Of a stretch of 64,000 bases of DNA, positions 62,523 to 64,000 are shown one piece after another. The stretch is from assembly GCA_963810095.1 (NCBI GenBank), contig CAWEMM010000009.1, positions 192,001 to 256,000 of the forward strand. Direction: 5' to 3'. The position numbers and the translations under genes were made by a program. Source of the stretch: an uncultured Chloroflexia bacterium (lineage in GTDB: Bacteria > Chloroflexota > Anaerolineae > CG2-30-64-16). Under the pieces are notes generated by a model, which saw only the letters and a list, made by a program, of their open reading frames with translations, searched no databases and had not been told where the DNA came from. Positions within the stretch are counted from its first letter, which is position 1. The number at the start of each line of letters is the position of its first letter.

Positions 62523-62577
62523 TACAAACCCCTTGACAACATTATACAAACATGATATATATGTCCAAGGTTTGTAT
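62523..62577 (+). promoter_or_regulatory. Promoter with operator-like repeats upstream of the ABC transporter
   Basis: TTGACA at 62533, TGA-TATATA 17 nt later; inverted pair ATACAAAC (62544)/GTTTGTAT (62570) and a third TACAAAC at 62523. Confidence 0.65.
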
Positions 62578-62617
62578 CGACAAGCAATCGTCGCAGCGCA
62601 AGTGGAGGAGCAAAGGC

Positions 62618-63772
62618 ATGGGTTTCTACCTCGCCCTGAAAGAAATCTGGCGCACCCGGGGGCGCTTCATCCTGTTCAGCATGGTCATCGCACTGATCAC
62701 GATGCTGGTTCTGTTCGTCGCCGCCCTCGCCGAGGGCTTGGGCTCGGGCAACCGGGAATACATCCAGAAGCTCAACGCGGACCTGATCGTCTACCAGTCG
62801 AAGACGGACCTGAGCGCCGGTGCAAGCCGGATCGGGACCTCCAAGCTCAACGAGATCCGCCGGGTGGACGGCGTTTCGGCCGTGGGGCCCATTGGCGTCG
62901 CCAGCGTGACCCTGACCCGAAACGGCGAGAAGGTGCTCAATGTGGCGCTGGTCGGCGTCGAGCCTGGCATGCCGGGCGAGCCGCCCGCGCTGCAGGGGCA
63001 GGGCCTGGGCAGCCGCCGGGCGCGTGAGGCGGTTTTGGACCGCAACGTGGCACTGCGGGCCAAGGTCGGCGTGGGCGACGTGATCACGATCAAGTCGATC
63101 CAGGGGACAAACGAGGAATATTACGACCTGAAGGTGGTCGGCATCAGCGACGGCCGCCAGTACAGCCTGCAGCCTTCGGTCATCGTACCCTTCCGCACCT
63201 GGGACGAACTCCGGCCCCAGCCCGCGAAGGGCGGCTCGGGCAACGCCGAACTGGTCGCCAACATCGTTGGCGTGCAGCTGGCGAACCCGCAGGACTGGGA
63301 GGCCATGGCGCAACGCATCCAGAACGAGGTGTCCGACGTGCAGGTGGTCGACCGGGTGACGGCGTACCAGGCGACGCCGGGCTACAGCGCCCAGCAGAGC
63401 ACGCTCGACACGCAGCGCTACTTTGCCCTGTTGATCGGCATCCTGGTCATCGGCGGCTTCTTCCAGATCCTGACGCTGCAGAAGGTAGCGCAGATCGGCA
63501 TGCTGAAGGCCATCGGCGCCTCCAACCGGGTGGTCGGCACTGCGGCGATCATCCAGATCATTGCGGTCACGGTCATGGGTGTGGCCCTGGGCGCGGCCTT
63601 CTCGCTGGCCCTGTCGCTCGGCTTTCCGCCCACTGTGCCGATCATCTTCTCGCCCGCGGCGGTCTCTGCAGCTGTGCTCTCGCTGCTCCTGATCGGCCCC
63701 ATCGGCGGCCTGGTCTCGGTTCGCTACTCGCTGAAGGTCGAGCCGCTCACGGCTCTGGGCCTCGCGCAATGA
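62618..63772 (+). CDS. ABC transporter permease (FtsX/MacB/HrtB-like)
   Basis: LALKEIW..RF..TM, extracellular domain, QKVAQIGMLKAIGAS, C-terminal TMs and VEPLTALG. Confidence 0.9.
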   Translation: MGFYLALKEIWRTRGRFILFSMVIALITMLVLFVAALAEGLGSGNREYIQKLNADLIVYQSKTDLSAGASRIGTSKLNEIRRVDGVSAVGPIGVASVTLTRNGEKVLNVALVGVEPGMPGEPPALQGQGLGSRRAREAVLDRNVALRAKVGVGDVITIKSIQGTNEEYYDLKVVGISDGRQYSLQPSVIVPFRTWDELRPQPAKGGSGNAELVANIVGVQLANPQDWEAMAQRIQNEVSDVQVVDRVTAYQATPGYSAQQSTLDTQRYFALLIGILVIGGFFQILTLQKVAQIGMLKAIGASNRVVGTAAIIQIIAVTVMGVALGAAFSLALSLGFPPTVPIIFSPAAVSAAVLSLLLIGPIGGLVSVRYSLKVEPLTALGLAQ

Positions 63773-63889
63773 CATCGGAATTGGATGCAGATTGAACGGG
63801 TGGAGCGGATTCCGAAGGTTTATCTGAGACAACTCAACGCCGGTCAATGAGTCCGATCGGCGTCCCAGTGGGGAATTGTGGAGTAAAGA

Positions 63890-64000
63890 ATGTTTGCACT
63901 CGAGACGCGTGATGTGTTGAAGGCTTATGGGTCTGGGACCTCGGTGACCAGGGCCGTGGACGGAGTGTCGATTGGCGTGCGCAGCGGTGAGTTCGTGGCA
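63890..64000 (+). CDS. ABC transporter ATP-binding protein (LolD/MacB-like), 5' part only
   Basis: MFALETRDVLKAYGSGTSVTRAVDGVSIGVRSGEFVA after GGAG SD; truncated by the window end. Confidence 0.85.
   Translation, partial: MFALETRDVLKAYGSGTSVTRAVDGVSIGVRSGEFVA

Noticed and set aside
1-64000. tRNA, rRNA, IS or integrase genes
   Set aside because: No cloverleaf, rRNA-like segment or transposase/recombinase motif seen; intergenic gaps are short and explained by terminators, promoters and repeats.

Overview
High-GC bacterial chromosomal window, most consistent with Chloroflexota (Anaerolineae/Caldilineae-like: C-terminal 'FLP(L/V)I' motifs on secreted proteins, Chloroflexota-style ECF/anti-sigma pair, many REP-like intergenic repeats). 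It holds about 45 genes and no rRNA, tRNA, CRISPR array, transposase or integrase. At least a dozen genes, including sucA and sucB, are broken by single-base indels, which most likely reflects long-read assembly error, so split ORFs were rejoined. Contents, in order: AarF/UbiB kinase and 4-TM holin-like protein, MBL hydrolase, degenerate CtaA, secreted beta-propeller proteins, glucokinase operon, flippase/GT2, ECF sigma/zinc-finger anti-sigma/APH kinase, NUDIX-sucB-sucA, a LacI-controlled operon (GDP-mannose 3,5-epimerase-like, GHMP-like kinase, tandem nucleotidyltransferase), a GT/GH1/glf cluster, rlmI-dinG-VOC-DinB, a RIO1 kinase behind an apparent uORF/terminator attenuator, three paralogous PsbP-like lipoproteins, an FG-GAP surface protein, a lipid/polyketide locus (acyl-CoA dehydrogenase, ~2900-aa KS-AT-KS-ACP3-KR-DH synthase, Sfp-type PPTase) and an ABC exporter. 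The strongest novelty candidate is the synthase: all three ACP domains carry Thr (GIDTVKQAE) instead of the phosphopantetheinylated Ser, it has two Cys-retaining KS domains, and it has no ER. Next are the LacI-regulated Leloir-like rare-sugar operon and the RIO kinase attenuator. All calls come from motif reading by eye; no searches were run.
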